Shown: positions 37,351 to 48,023 of the stretch, piece by piece
Layout: the number at the start of each line of letters is the position of its first letter
Position numbering within the stretch: the first letter of the stretch is position 1
Assembly (NCBI GenBank): GCA_965214095.1
Contig: OZ243938.1
Span: forward strand, 1,856,001 to 1,920,000
DNA: 64,000 nucleotides
Direction: 5' to 3'
DNA from: Candidatus Poribacteria bacterium
Lineage (GTDB): Bacteria > Poribacteria > WGA-4E > WGA-3G
Program-made: the position numbers and the translations under genes
The notes under the pieces: generated by a model
What the model saw: only the letters and a program-made list of their open reading frames with translations
Database searches by the model: none
What the model was told of the DNA's origin: nothing

Positions 37351-38844
37351 CTATCGTAAGAACACAAATGTAACGACTACAAAAAGAGGGAACAAAATTG
37401 CGACAGACCAGATCATATATCCAAAGAAACTTGGCATGCGTATTCCGCTCTGTTCAGCGATTGATTTTACCATAAAATTCGGTGCGTTACCGATGTAGGT
37501 ATTCGCTCCCATGAACACCGCTCCAACAGAGATACCGGTTAGCAATCGGACGAACTCCAAGTGTTGCGGATCAGTCAATTGTCCTGAAAGGATTTGTGGT
37601 ACAACTGCTTCGGTAAGGTGTAATTTACCGAGTGCAGTATTGAAGAATGTCAAATAAGTTGGTGCGTTGTCTAAGAAACTGGACAAGATACCGGTAATCC
37701 AGAAATAGTGCGATGGTTCTTGTATTGCAGCGATCAATCCGCTGAGTGCTCCATTTTCTCCTGCCTTTAGTATAGCAAGCGCGGGAATAATTGTTATAAA
37801 TATCCCAGCGAAGACTTTTGCAACTTCTTCAATGGGTTCCCATGAAAACTCATTAGTTTGTCGTAATTCCCCTTTGAAGGGTGTAAATACGAGAGATAAC
37901 ACCCCCATTAAAACAATCAATAGTTCACGCGTGATATTTTGCCATTCCACATGCACACCGAGGATATTGACTTCACCCCATTTGACAGAGCCACTCATTA
38001 GGACAGCACCGACGATTCCAAGTAGGAAAACGAGGTTGAAAAGTCCATCTATACGAATCGGTTCATTTGTACCATCATCTGGAACAACGCCACCTTCCCG
38101 TTTAAACATAAACGTGTCAAATATAAAGAACAAAACGATCAATATCGCGCTAATAAATAGCATATGCGGCAACAGTGCTGTGGTAGTCCAGAAGAATGGC
38201 ACGCCGCGTAAAAATCCGAGGAATAACGGTGGGTCTCCCAATGGTGTTAACGAACCGCCAATGTTGCTGACAAGAAATATGAAAAAGACAATGAGATGTA
38301 CCTTATTCTTTCTATACGCATTTGCTTTGATTAATGGCCGGATAAGGAGCATTGACGCACCAGTTGTTCCGACCCACGATGCGATGACAGTACCGATGAG
38401 CAATAGAACAGTATTGACTAGCGGTGTGCCGCGTAACGTCCCGCGCACAAGGATTCCACCTGCGACTGTGAATAATCCCCATAACAGTATGATGAACGGG
38501 ATATAGTCTAACAAGTAAATGTGAAGAATATCATAGAAAGCCTGCCCTTTGAAAGCAATGAGATATGGAACTGAAAAGATTAATGCCCATGCTAACGACA
38601 TCTTCCCACCGTGATGCACGAGAAAATGGGAATCGAAAACAAGTGGTAAAATTGCGATTGATAGAAGGATGCCGACAAAAGGAATAATGCTCCAGAGAGG
38701 TAAATCTTTTCCATCCACGCCATGACCATGGTGTGCTGCTTCACCGTTATTTGTCTCATCAGCAGCGAAGATATCCATTGAAACGGATAATGTCAGTGCT
38801 AAAATTAAGCATAGAATTATCGTAAACGCGATTTTTGATTTCAC
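37351..38844 (-). CDS. Putative Na+/H+ antiporter (IT superfamily)
   Basis: SNIGGSLTPLGDPPLFLG, SSFLDNAPTY, TYIGNAPNFMVK; GTG overlaps the nuoM TAG. Confidence 0.8.
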   Translation of the reverse strand: MKSKIAFTIILCLILALTLSVSMDIFAADETNNGEAAHHGHGVDGKDLPLWSIIPFVGILLSIAILPLVFDSHFLVHHGGKMSLAWALIFSVPYLIAFKGQAFYDILHIYLLDYIPFIILLWGLFTVAGGILVRGTLRGTPLVNTVLLLIGTVIASWVGTTGASMLLIRPLIKANAYRKNKVHLIVFFIFLVSNIGGSLTPLGDPPLFLGFLRGVPFFWTTTALLPHMLFISAILIVLFFIFDTFMFKREGGVVPDDGTNEPIRIDGLFNLVFLLGIVGAVLMSGSVKWGEVNILGVHVEWQNITRELLIVLMGVLSLVFTPFKGELRQTNEFSWEPIEEVAKVFAGIFITIIPALAILKAGENGALSGLIAAIQEPSHYFWITGILSSFLDNAPTYLTFFNTALGKLHLTEAVVPQILSGQLTDPQHLEFVRLLTGISVGAVFMGANTYIGNAPNFMVKSIAEQSGIRMPSFFGYMIWSVAILFPLFVVVTFVFLR

Positions 38845-40430
38845 TACTTTGTCAGTGCCTCCTCATCAATTTTCTCCAACTTTGCCGTTTCTATTTCCAA
38901 AACAACATTGTCTTGTGTTTCTTCGTGGTATTTGAGTTGTCCAACTTCAGGTGTATCATCCTTCACCTTGACTTTTGCGGTGACCGCGTCTACAGAAGGT
39001 TTCATCGGATCTAAGAACGTATTCGGATACACACCAATCCATACAATGAACAGCAGTATCGGTAGGAGTACAGCGAGTTCACGCGGATTTAGGTCAGACA
39101 AAGCGTCATTGGTACTATCCGGTGTGCCAAACATGACGCGTTGGTACATCCAAAGCATATAAACTGCTGCCAAAATCACACCCGATGTTGCGAAGACTAC
39201 ATACCATCTTGAAAAAGCATTTTCAACAAAACTACCGAGTAGAATCTTGAATTCTCCGACAAATCCATTAAGTCCGGGTAATCCGATGGATGAGAGTGTA
39301 ACAATCAGGAAGATGGTCGCAAAGATAGGCATTCTCTTTGCCAATCCTCCGAAATCAACAATCATACGGCTATGTCTGCGTTCATATATCATACCTACTA
39401 ATAGGAACAACGCTCCTGTACTTAACCCGTGATTTATCATTTGCAGAACACTTCCCTGGATGCCAGTACCACTCTGTGAAAAAAGACCTAATACAACAAA
39501 ACCGAGGTGACTCACACTTGAGTATGCGACAAGCTTTTTCAAGTCCGGTTGCACCATTGCGACTAATGCTCCATAGATTATACCAATAACGGCAAGCGGG
39601 ACTACCCACGATGTTGCATCTGCTGCTGCTTGTGGGAAAAGTGGAAGACAGAATCGTACTATTCCATACGTTCCCATTTTGAGCAAGACACCTGCCAGGA
39701 TGACACTTCCTACTGTGGGTGCTTCAACGTGTGCATCCGGTAGCCATGTATGGAATGGGAAGATAGGCACTTTAATTGCGAATGCGATGAAAAATGCAAG
39801 GAATAATAAATTTGCATGATCAAATGGTCCTTCCGCTGCTAAGAGTTGGACAAGATCAAAACTATTACCGTTTTGGAAGTAGAGTGCTAAAATGCCAACT
39901 AACATCAATGCACTGCCAGCCATAGTATACAGCACAAATTTTATCGTAGCATAAATCCGGCGTTCTCCACCCCATATACCGATGAGGAAATACATCGGGA
40001 TCAACATTGCCTCCCAGAACACGAAAAACAGGAGTAGGTCTAATGCACAAAAGACACCCAACATGCCTGTTTCCAGTGCAAGGAGCGACATCATGAATCC
40101 GCTCAAACCCTTTTCAACCGAATTCCATGCGGCGAGGATACATATTGGTGTGAGGAAAGTGGTAAGTATAACTAACCACAGGGAAATACCGTCAATGCCG
40201 ATGTGATAACTTGCCCCTATACCGGGTATCCAATCATAATTTTCATCTAGTTGGAATAGACCTTCCGTTGCTGTTGCATCATATCCAGTATAGAGTCCTA
40301 TTGAGATACCGAATGTTAGCAGACTTATGAGAAGTGCGATCCATTTAATAGTAGATGCACCTAATCCTCTTAGCAATGCTATCGCTATTACACCGAGCAG
40401 TGGTAAGAAAATAACTATTGAAAGTAGCAA
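38844..40430 (-). CDS. nuoM: NADH-quinone oxidoreductase subunit M
   Basis: FWEAMLIPMY, HTWLPDAHVEAPT, LLKMGTYG. Confidence 0.95.
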   Translation of the reverse strand: MLLSIVIFLPLLGVIAIALLRGLGASTIKWIALLISLLTFGISIGLYTGYDATATEGLFQLDENYDWIPGIGASYHIGIDGISLWLVILTTFLTPICILAAWNSVEKGLSGFMMSLLALETGMLGVFCALDLLLFFVFWEAMLIPMYFLIGIWGGERRIYATIKFVLYTMAGSALMLVGILALYFQNGNSFDLVQLLAAEGPFDHANLLFLAFFIAFAIKVPIFPFHTWLPDAHVEAPTVGSVILAGVLLKMGTYGIVRFCLPLFPQAAADATSWVVPLAVIGIIYGALVAMVQPDLKKLVAYSSVSHLGFVVLGLFSQSGTGIQGSVLQMINHGLSTGALFLLVGMIYERRHSRMIVDFGGLAKRMPIFATIFLIVTLSSIGLPGLNGFVGEFKILLGSFVENAFSRWYVVFATSGVILAAVYMLWMYQRVMFGTPDSTNDALSDLNPRELAVLLPILLFIVWIGVYPNTFLDPMKPSVDAVTAKVKVKDDTPEVGQLKYHEETQDNVVLEIETAKLEKIDEEALTK

Positions 40431-40570
40431 AAATATCTCCTTTAAAAGAGTAACTATAAAATAATGAAATTTTGTCCTATTGTCTGCGCGAGATAAAAAC
40501 CCACCTATTTGTTAATTACCAAAATTGAATTATTGCCATTCATTTGTAAGTATCGCATACAAACCACATA

Positions 40571-40993
40571 TTATCTTCTTCTAAAGACTTTTGATGTGAA
40601 ACACCCTGAAAGCAATCCAAAATGGAAAAAATAGTTCTTTAATTCGCAGCGGCGTTTTGAAAACCCATTTTGAGGCATTTTGTGTTGCCACGAATATTTC
40701 AACTTACGATTGAACTTTGAGATTTCCTCAGATGATTTTTCATAGTTGTCTAAAATCCATGTCCCCAGTTTGACATCGTTGGTGAGTCTGACTGCTGCAT
40801 CTTGGAATACCTCTTCTGAGGTTCCGAGGAATGCTAAGATTTCTCTATCTTGTTCAGAATTTGCACCATATTTATAACTTCCGATTTCTCCAGAATGAGC
40901 AGCCCGGGCTTTATCCGTCAATCTTGCAACTCCACAGATACCTGCAACTTCTTTATTGATCATATCTCGCGGTTTAAAATGATTCTTCTTCAT
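40571..40993 (-). CDS. DUF5069-like protein
   Basis: PR..GICGVARLTDKARA..GEIGSYKYG..D..LAFLG pattern. Confidence 0.65.
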   Translation of the reverse strand: MKKNHFKPRDMINKEVAGICGVARLTDKARAAHSGEIGSYKYGANSEQDREILAFLGTSEEVFQDAAVRLTNDVKLGTWILDNYEKSSEEISKFNRKLKYSWQHKMPQNGFSKRRCELKNYFFHFGLLSGCFTSKVFRRR

Positions 40994-41035
40994 TTTTCTC
41001 CCGTTAGCAACTCTCTAAAAAAGAAGGATTTCGTA

Positions 41036-42187
41036 TCATTGGAATACTCTATTATATGTATGATGTTTTCCTAACAATAGTCTGAAATATGTGTCAAGTT
41101 CAGTATCTGTCTGTTCCTTCTCTATCGGTTCAATCTGAAAGTATTTTTCCAAATATGGATGATGTCTAATGGTATCACTGATGAAACACTGTTTATGCTG
41201 CTTAAAAAGTTCGTCATCAATTGGAACATCACAGTTCCCAAAATAAAATGGAAGTCTGTGAATGTTTCTTTTGAACACATCTACATAGGCGTAATAATCC
41301 AGTTTTGTTTTATCTATTACAATTGTGTTGCTGCTATGGTTTTGAATAAAAGTGCGATTCCTTTTTAATGCATTAATATCCCGCATCGTCCAGAAAAACA
41401 ACGACTCATCAGATATCGGTTTATGTTGCTTACTCGGATATTTTCTGATATAACTTGTAATATAATCAAAATCGTTCAGACAGAAACGCTTCTTTTCAAC
41501 TGTTCTAAATTGGAATGAACGGATATAATCGTAATCCATTCCTTCTGTATCCCGCTGATAAAAGGCAATGATAATCGGAAAAGGCGTGTGTTTAGCTGAT
41601 TCGGGGAATTCTCCGCTGCTAATCAGAATGCCATCTATCAGTTTATAATTTGTAGTAAACTCCTTTAAATGTCTGAAATTGGTCTGCTTAATCAAGTACG
41701 ACAGTGGATGCAACACATATATAAGTTCTGCTTCAAGTTTATTATAGGAACGGAGAAATGAAATTCCTAAGTCCCGACTTGCTATATCTTCATCTACTTC
41801 AAATTCAACCTGCTTTATCTTATGACGTATCAGTGATGTTCTATCGTTATAGGGTGGATTTCCTACGACAATCAATTTTGTGGACTGATGTGGAATCCCG
41901 AATTTCTCCCTTGAAACGTTGTGTAAGGCGTTTGTCCAAAAGAATTGGACTTTTTCTGTGTTCTTTTTTGCTACATCTATTGCGTCTTCGTCTATATCAC
42001 ATCCGATTGTCTTTAACTGTCCTCTATTTTTTAAAAAATCTCCGTACCCGCAAGCACTGTCAATTATGGTAGTCTGTGAATCTATGTGTGGTTCAATTAA
42101 CTCCCATGCCAGTTCCACAAATTTAGGAGGCGTGTAGTAACTTCCCAAGTTGACTCTATCTTCATACGCTAAATGTTCCTGACTCAT
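41036..42187 (-). CDS. N6-adenine DNA methyltransferase (gamma-type), orphan
   Basis: GSYYTP, IDSACGYGDFL (motif I), VGNPPY (motif IV). Confidence 0.85.
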   Translation of the reverse strand: MSQEHLAYEDRVNLGSYYTPPKFVELAWELIEPHIDSQTTIIDSACGYGDFLKNRGQLKTIGCDIDEDAIDVAKKNTEKVQFFWTNALHNVSREKFGIPHQSTKLIVVGNPPYNDRTSLIRHKIKQVEFEVDEDIASRDLGISFLRSYNKLEAELIYVLHPLSYLIKQTNFRHLKEFTTNYKLIDGILISSGEFPESAKHTPFPIIIAFYQRDTEGMDYDYIRSFQFRTVEKKRFCLNDFDYITSYIRKYPSKQHKPISDESLFFWTMRDINALKRNRTFIQNHSSNTIVIDKTKLDYYAYVDVFKRNIHRLPFYFGNCDVPIDDELFKQHKQCFISDTIRHHPYLEKYFQIEPIEKEQTDTELDTYFRLLLGKHHTYNRVFQ

Positions 42188-42229
42188 TTTTTGCCAATTG
42201 AATCCTTTTGAATTACTCCTAAGATTACA

Positions 42230-44122
42230 CTAAGTAAAGAACAGATAGTATGCAAGAAAGACTACGATACCAATAACCATTGATACAATATAGACTTGAA
42301 CGTGTCCGGTTTGTAGTCTGCGTAACAATCCACCTATTGCTCTGATGAGTGCGGCGACACCGTTGACAATTCCGTCAATAATACCACTATCAAACAGTTT
42401 CCATAACAAGAAATGAGAAACGTTTTTGATTGGCTGAACGATGAATGTATTGTATATCTCATCAACATAGAACTTGTTAGCAACAAGCCTTTGTAATGCG
42501 TTTGTAGGTTCTGCTGAAGGCACACGATTTTTATAACGTGTCCATGCATAAGCGATTCCGAGTATACCAACAATCGACGAAATAATCATAAACGGAATGG
42601 CACTACCTAATGCTTCACCGTGTTCAACTTTAAAACCTGATACTTTCTCCGTAAAGTGATGGAACCAACTATCATGTCCACCTACGCCTAATAGTAAACC
42701 GATAATTGCTGATGGAATTGCGAGAATAGCAAGCGGAACCCACATTACTGCGGGTGATTCATGGAGATGTGATTCTACTTCAGGATCTACACGAGATTCT
42801 CCGTAAAATGTCACAAAGATTAAACGGAACATGTAAAATGCTGTCAGGAATGCCGTTGCCAATCCGATGATATATATTATTTTTGAACTTCCCCACGCGC
42901 TGTGTAAGATCTCGTCTTTACTCCAAAATCCACTTAGGAATGGCGCGCCTGCAATTGCCAAAGCACCAACCAAAAATGTGATATGTGTAATCGGCAGTTT
43001 TTTTCGTAAACCACCCATTTTCCGTATGTCTAATTCATTTGCCATCGCGTGCATCACACTGCCAGCAGTTAGGAACATGAGTCCTTTGAAGAATGCGTGT
43101 GTCACTAAGTGGAAAATGCCAGATGCATACGCACCAACACCAACACCGACAAACATATATCCGAGTTGACTTACAGTAGAATAGGCAAGAATCCGTTTTA
43201 TATCGTTTTGTTTGAGTGCTATAATTGCAGCAAACAGAGCGGTTAACACACCAATCCAGGCGACAACGACTCCTGTTCCTGCGATGTTGTAAAGCACAGC
43301 GGAACGCGCTATCATATAGACACCTGCAGTAACCATAGTCGCGGCGTGTATTAATGCGCTAACGGGAGTTGGACCTTCCATTGCGTCTGGTAGCCATACA
43401 TAAAGAGGGATCTGTGCAGATTTGCCGATTGCACCAACGAAGAGAAGCATAGTAGCAACAGCGAGCGTGCTTACACCAAAAATCTTATCAAAATTATCAG
43501 CTTGAGCATTTTCAAAAATGGGTATGAAGTCCAGTGTACTGAATGCTGCAAACAAGGTGAACATTCCCAATAGGAAACCGAAATCGCCTATCCTATTGAC
43601 AATAAATGCCTTTTTTCCTGCATCCGTAGCAGATTGTTTCTCATACCAGAATCCGATTAATAAGTAAGAACACAATCCAACACCTTCCCATCCGACAAAC
43701 ATCATCAGGTAGTTGTTGCCAAGAACGAGAATTAGCATTGCGAATACAAACAGATTGAGGTAGGCAAAATAACGGGTATATCCTTCGTCTCCGTGCATAT
43801 AACCAATGGAGTATACGTGGATGAGAAACCCGACACCTGTAATAACCAGAAGCATTACGGTTGTCAAGGCATCAACGTGGAATCCGATACTAACATAATC
43901 TGAGATCCATGAATATAAGATCCCCGCTTCTCCCTCAAGCGTATTCCCAGCATCTACTGAGACGAATGCTATAATGGAACAAATTAAGGAAACAAGCACA
44001 GCAAGTGCACCAATTCCACCGCTTAACTTCTCTTTTCCTTTTAACCATTTGCCAAACAATCCGTTAATCAGAAACCCGACAAGTGGCGAAATTAATAGGA
44101 CAATTATTAAATCTCTTGGCAT
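42230..44122 (-). CDS. nuoL: NADH-quinone oxidoreductase subunit L
   Basis: GWEGVGLCSY, WLPDAMEGPTPVSALIHAATMV. Confidence 0.95.
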   Translation of the reverse strand: MPRDLIIVLLISPLVGFLINGLFGKWLKGKEKLSGGIGALAVLVSLICSIIAFVSVDAGNTLEGEAGILYSWISDYVSIGFHVDALTTVMLLVITGVGFLIHVYSIGYMHGDEGYTRYFAYLNLFVFAMLILVLGNNYLMMFVGWEGVGLCSYLLIGFWYEKQSATDAGKKAFIVNRIGDFGFLLGMFTLFAAFSTLDFIPIFENAQADNFDKIFGVSTLAVATMLLFVGAIGKSAQIPLYVWLPDAMEGPTPVSALIHAATMVTAGVYMIARSAVLYNIAGTGVVVAWIGVLTALFAAIIALKQNDIKRILAYSTVSQLGYMFVGVGVGAYASGIFHLVTHAFFKGLMFLTAGSVMHAMANELDIRKMGGLRKKLPITHITFLVGALAIAGAPFLSGFWSKDEILHSAWGSSKIIYIIGLATAFLTAFYMFRLIFVTFYGESRVDPEVESHLHESPAVMWVPLAILAIPSAIIGLLLGVGGHDSWFHHFTEKVSGFKVEHGEALGSAIPFMIISSIVGILGIAYAWTRYKNRVPSAEPTNALQRLVANKFYVDEIYNTFIVQPIKNVSHFLLWKLFDSGIIDGIVNGVAALIRAIGGLLRRLQTGHVQVYIVSMVIGIVVFLAYYLFFT

Positions 44123-44125
44123 ACT

Positions 44126-44425
44126 TTATCCTTTTAGCGAATTTACTTCATCCACATTAATTGTTTCACGATGTTTGAAAACACTCACAATAATTGCTAA
44201 TCCGATGGCGACTTCTGCAGCAGCAACAGCCATCACGAAAAAGACGAACAACTGTCCATCTGGATCACCAAGACTACGACTGATTGCCACAAAGGCAAGG
44301 TTCGCTGCGTTTAACATTAGTTCAATACACATAAAGATGATAATTGCGTTTCTACGGATGAGAACGCCAATAACACCTATTGTGAACAGAAGTGCACTTA
44401 AGACAAGATAATATTCTAATGACAT
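44126..44425 (-). CDS. nuoK: NADH-quinone oxidoreductase subunit K
   Basis: [18 protein letters not shown]. Confidence 0.95.
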   Translation of the reverse strand: MSLEYYLVLSALLFTIGVIGVLIRRNAIIIFMCIELMLNAANLAFVAISRSLGDPDGQLFVFFVMAVAAAEVAIGLAIIVSVFKHRETINVDEVNSLKG

Positions 44426-44435
44426 AAAATAGTTT

Positions 44436-44511
44436 TCAGTTGTCAGTTATCAGTTGTCAAAGAAGGGTCGTCAGAAAAGCGATTGATAGCCGATAACTGC
44501 TGACTAATGAC
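44436..44511. repeat. Inverted heptamer arrays (TCAGTTR)n
   Basis: TCAGTTG TCAGTTA TCAGTTG TCA followed by degenerate complementary TGATAGC CGATAAC TGCTGAC. Confidence 0.5.
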
Positions 44512-44547
44512 TCCTTAGTAGTTGTGGCACTATACCCAAAACCATAG

Positions 44548-45096
44548 TTAACTTTCTGTTTGATTATCACGTTTTACCAAGACAATAACACCTATCAACG
44601 CTGCCAACAAAATAAGCGAGGTAACTTCAAAAGGCAAGAGGTATTCAGTAAACAGAAGTTCACCAATATCATAAGTTTCAATTGGATTATTTGCGAGGGC
44701 AGTTGCTTTCTCCATTGCATCCGCAGATCCGACCTCAGTATCAGTGAATGCATTGACAGCAATGAAGATGCCTTGTGCTGCCAACAGTATCCCTAAGACG
44801 ACAGCAACGCCTTTCAGTTTGCCTGTGAGTGCTCCCTGTGCAGAGAGTGTGCCAAGGTTCAGCAGCATAATCACAAAGAGGAACAGCACCATAATTGCGC
44901 CAGCGTAAACTATCACTTGAACAGCAGCTACGAAGTGCGCGCCTAAAAGCACAAACAGTCCTGCTTGTGCGAAAAAAGTTACGATAAGTGAAAGTGCACT
45001 GTAAATCGGGTGTCGAAAGGAGATGACAGAAATCGCACCGATTAACGATACTGCACCAAATATGAAAAATAGAATCATTTCTGCGGTCATTGGCAT
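44548..45096 (-). CDS. nuoJ: NADH-quinone oxidoreductase subunit J
   Basis: QVIVYAGAIMVLFLFVIM, YLLPFE. Confidence 0.95.
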   Translation of the reverse strand: MPMTAEMILFFIFGAVSLIGAISVISFRHPIYSALSLIVTFFAQAGLFVLLGAHFVAAVQVIVYAGAIMVLFLFVIMLLNLGTLSAQGALTGKLKGVAVVLGILLAAQGIFIAVNAFTDTEVGSADAMEKATALANNPIETYDIGELLFTEYLLPFEVTSLILLAALIGVIVLVKRDNQTES

Positions 45097-45101
45097 TTCT
45101 C

Positions 45102-46304
45102 CTATTCTACTGCGTCTAACCCGCGAAGCGGTGCTGCATCAGGTATTGCCTGTGTTGAAGATTTGCTGTTATTGTCCAAGGCAAGAATGCCTGCAACGAT
45201 AGCAACGACGATGAACGCTGCCACTACGTTCCCGATTCCTATCCAAAGACGATTCCCGTTAGTCATAACCCACAAAGTTCCGGTTACTACGATTGATGTC
45301 AACGCAACAGGTAATAGGAATTTCCAACCGAAGTTCATCAGTTGGTCATAACGGAAACGTGGAAGTGTCCAACGGACCCAAATAAATATAAACAGGAAAA
45401 TCCCTGTCTTGATAAAGAAGATAGCAAACGAGATAAGTCCAGCAAGTATGGACCCTTCTCCACCTATGTTTTCCAATCCGAAGAAGTGCCATCCACCTAA
45501 GAATAGCGTTACAACCACTGCAGACCCGACAATCATATTCATATATTCTGCCATAAAGAAGATGGCAAATTTCATACTGCTATATTCGGTATGATAACCC
45601 GCGACAAGTTCTTGTTCCGCTTCAGCGAGGTCAAACGGTAGTCGGTTTGTTTCGGCAAACATTGCTGTTGTAAATGCGAGGAAAGCAGGGAAGTGTATCA
45701 GGAAGTTCCATTCCCACATGTTTGATCCCTGTTCTTTAGCAATTGTGCGTAGACTGAGAGACTCGGAAAGCATCAGCACACCGATAATTGCCAAACCGAG
45801 TGTCAATTCGTAGCTTATCATTTGTGCAGATGAACGTAAACCACCTAAAAGCGAGTATTTGTTATTTGAAGCCCACGCACCGATAACCACACCGTAAACA
45901 CCGAGAGAGGCTATCGCTAAGATATACAGAATGCCGACGTTAATGTCTGCAATCTGTAGAGATATAGGATCATCAAGTCCGGCTATCAAGATATCGCCTC
46001 CGAAAGGCACTACAGCAATGGTGATCATCGCTGGAATTAAGAGCATAGCGGGGGCAAGTACGTAGAGTGGCTTATCAACGTGATTTGGGATAAGGTCTTC
46101 TTTAAATAGGAACTTAATACCATCTGCGATAGGTTGGAGGAGTCCTTGCGGTCCGACTCGATTCGGTCCGAGGCGATCCTGCATCCACCCACTAACTCTG
46201 CGTTCTGACCAAATCATCGCCATGACACCGATAACCAACAGATGTGCAATGAAGAGTACTTTTATGATTGGAATAATAATCTGTTCTAATATGTTTATTT
46301 CCAT
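45102..46304 (-). CDS. nuoH: NADH-quinone oxidoreductase subunit H
   Basis: QDRLGPNRVGP, AETNRLPFDL.EAE.EL, PRFRYDQLM. Confidence 0.95.
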   Translation of the reverse strand: MEINILEQIIIPIIKVLFIAHLLVIGVMAMIWSERRVSGWMQDRLGPNRVGPQGLLQPIADGIKFLFKEDLIPNHVDKPLYVLAPAMLLIPAMITIAVVPFGGDILIAGLDDPISLQIADINVGILYILAIASLGVYGVVIGAWASNNKYSLLGGLRSSAQMISYELTLGLAIIGVLMLSESLSLRTIAKEQGSNMWEWNFLIHFPAFLAFTTAMFAETNRLPFDLAEAEQELVAGYHTEYSSMKFAIFFMAEYMNMIVGSAVVVTLFLGGWHFFGLENIGGEGSILAGLISFAIFFIKTGIFLFIFIWVRWTLPRFRYDQLMNFGWKFLLPVALTSIVVTGTLWVMTNGNRLWIGIGNVVAAFIVVAIVAGILALDNNSKSSTQAIPDAAPLRGLDAVE

Positions 46305-46338
46305 GAATTCTCCTTCTTGATGACGCGCATTATTGAAG

Positions 46339-47997
46339 TTACGCTAACTTAATCCCCGCATCTCCAATATTCTGATGTGTTGCGTCACCGTAACCCTCTA
46401 CATTCTCTGAAATAGCTATGGCAACTTCACCCGCGAAGTGGTAGTCAATTTCTCCATCCAACTGTTTGGCAAGTTGCTGTATAATTTCCCAATCAACTTG
46501 TGCTTCGCCGGGTGGGTCAATTGCTTTGCGAATCCGTTGTACCCATCCGGTAGAATTCGTGAATGTGCCATCTTTTTCAGCGAAAGTTGTGCCTGGAAGT
46601 ACAACATCGGCTAATTCCGTAACCGCTGATGGTAGCACATCTTGCACAATGAGAAATTCAACCTTTTCTAACGCTTCTCTTTCAGCATCCTCAAGTGAAC
46701 GGTCAGGTGCGCCGTTAACGAGATAGACAACTTTTGCGTCTGCGACTTTTTCCCAGAGTACATCCCCTTCTAAAACGACGTTGCCGTTTGCAGAACCGAG
46801 TATTGTTCGCGCACCTGCTGTGTTTGGGTTCTTGTCCGCTTCAATGGTAAATTGCGGGAATTTGTGCTCTTCACCGGGTTGCTGACCAAAGAGTCCTAAT
46901 TGGGTGGTCTTCAGCACATCGTGTGCGAATTGTTGTAGGACATAATTATCTTCGTTTGTGCCTTGTGCTGAACCGATAACAACAATGTCGTCTGCTTCAG
47001 CTTCCGATAATTTTTCAGTAATCAGCGTAAGTGCATCTGACCACTGTGTTGTCGTATGTTCACCATCAACCTTTTTTAGCGGCAGTTGGAGTCTGTCATC
47101 ACTATTGACATAATGATATCCAAGTCGACCATCATCACACATCCAATGTTGGTTTATGTCTCCATGAAAACGGGGTTTAATACGATAGAGTCCATCTGTT
47201 TTATACTCAACCGTGACATTACATCCGACACTACATCCTGAACAGATGCTATTTGCCTTTTCCATAAACCACGGACGAGATTTGAACAAGAAATCTTTGC
47301 TAATCAAAGCACCGACTGGACAGATATCAACAACATTTCCTGCGAGTTTGTTGTCTAGTAACTGAATGGGAGTTCCCTCATGGCTTCGTGGAATATCAAT
47401 CTCATCGTGTGAACCGCGATTGATTAGACCGAGTTCTCCGCTCCCCGAAACTTCATCACAGAATCGGATACACCGTGTGCAGACAATACAACGTGTTGAA
47501 TAGAGCAGAATATCTGGACCTAAGTCTTTCTTTGGTGGAACGTTTTTGACTTCTATGTAACGGCTTTTATCATGTCCATGCCGATAACTAAAGTCTTGCA
47601 AATCGCATTCACCTGCTTGATCACAGACGGGACAGTCAAGTGGATGATGTACGAGTAGAAATTCAAGGATATCCTCTCGCGCCTTAATGACACGAGGACT
47701 ATCAGTTTGTACAATTGCGTCATACTTTTCGTCCAGTTTTCTTTCCGGTGGAGCAGATCGGACAGACGTTGTGCATCCTGTTGCTAATTGTCGTATGGGA
47801 ACAGCGGGTGTGCCTGGTGGTGCCCCTGGCGGTGGCGCGTAGGTCTCAATGAGACACATGCGGCAGTTTGCAGGACGACTCAAGCCAGGATGATAGCAAT
47901 AGTGCGGCACCTCAATGCCGTGTTGCTTTGCTGCTTCAACTATATTCGTTCCATCTTCAACCTCTATTTCAAGGTCGTTCAGTTTAATAAATGCCAT
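46339..47997 (-). CDS. nuoG: NADH-quinone oxidoreductase subunit G (short form)
   Basis: CYHP..CRMC, HPLDCPVCDQAGEC, CIVCTRC, CSGCSVGC Fe-S motifs. Confidence 0.9.
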   Translation of the reverse strand: MAFIKLNDLEIEVEDGTNIVEAAKQHGIEVPHYCYHPGLSRPANCRMCLIETYAPPPGAPPGTPAVPIRQLATGCTTSVRSAPPERKLDEKYDAIVQTDSPRVIKAREDILEFLLVHHPLDCPVCDQAGECDLQDFSYRHGHDKSRYIEVKNVPPKKDLGPDILLYSTRCIVCTRCIRFCDEVSGSGELGLINRGSHDEIDIPRSHEGTPIQLLDNKLAGNVVDICPVGALISKDFLFKSRPWFMEKANSICSGCSVGCNVTVEYKTDGLYRIKPRFHGDINQHWMCDDGRLGYHYVNSDDRLQLPLKKVDGEHTTTQWSDALTLITEKLSEAEADDIVVIGSAQGTNEDNYVLQQFAHDVLKTTQLGLFGQQPGEEHKFPQFTIEADKNPNTAGARTILGSANGNVVLEGDVLWEKVADAKVVYLVNGAPDRSLEDAEREALEKVEFLIVQDVLPSAVTELADVVLPGTTFAEKDGTFTNSTGWVQRIRKAIDPPGEAQVDWEIIQQLAKQLDGEIDYHFAGEVAIAISENVEGYGDATHQNIGDAGIKLA

Positions 47998-48023
47998 AAA
48001 TATTACTCCAATGGCTTTCGGTT

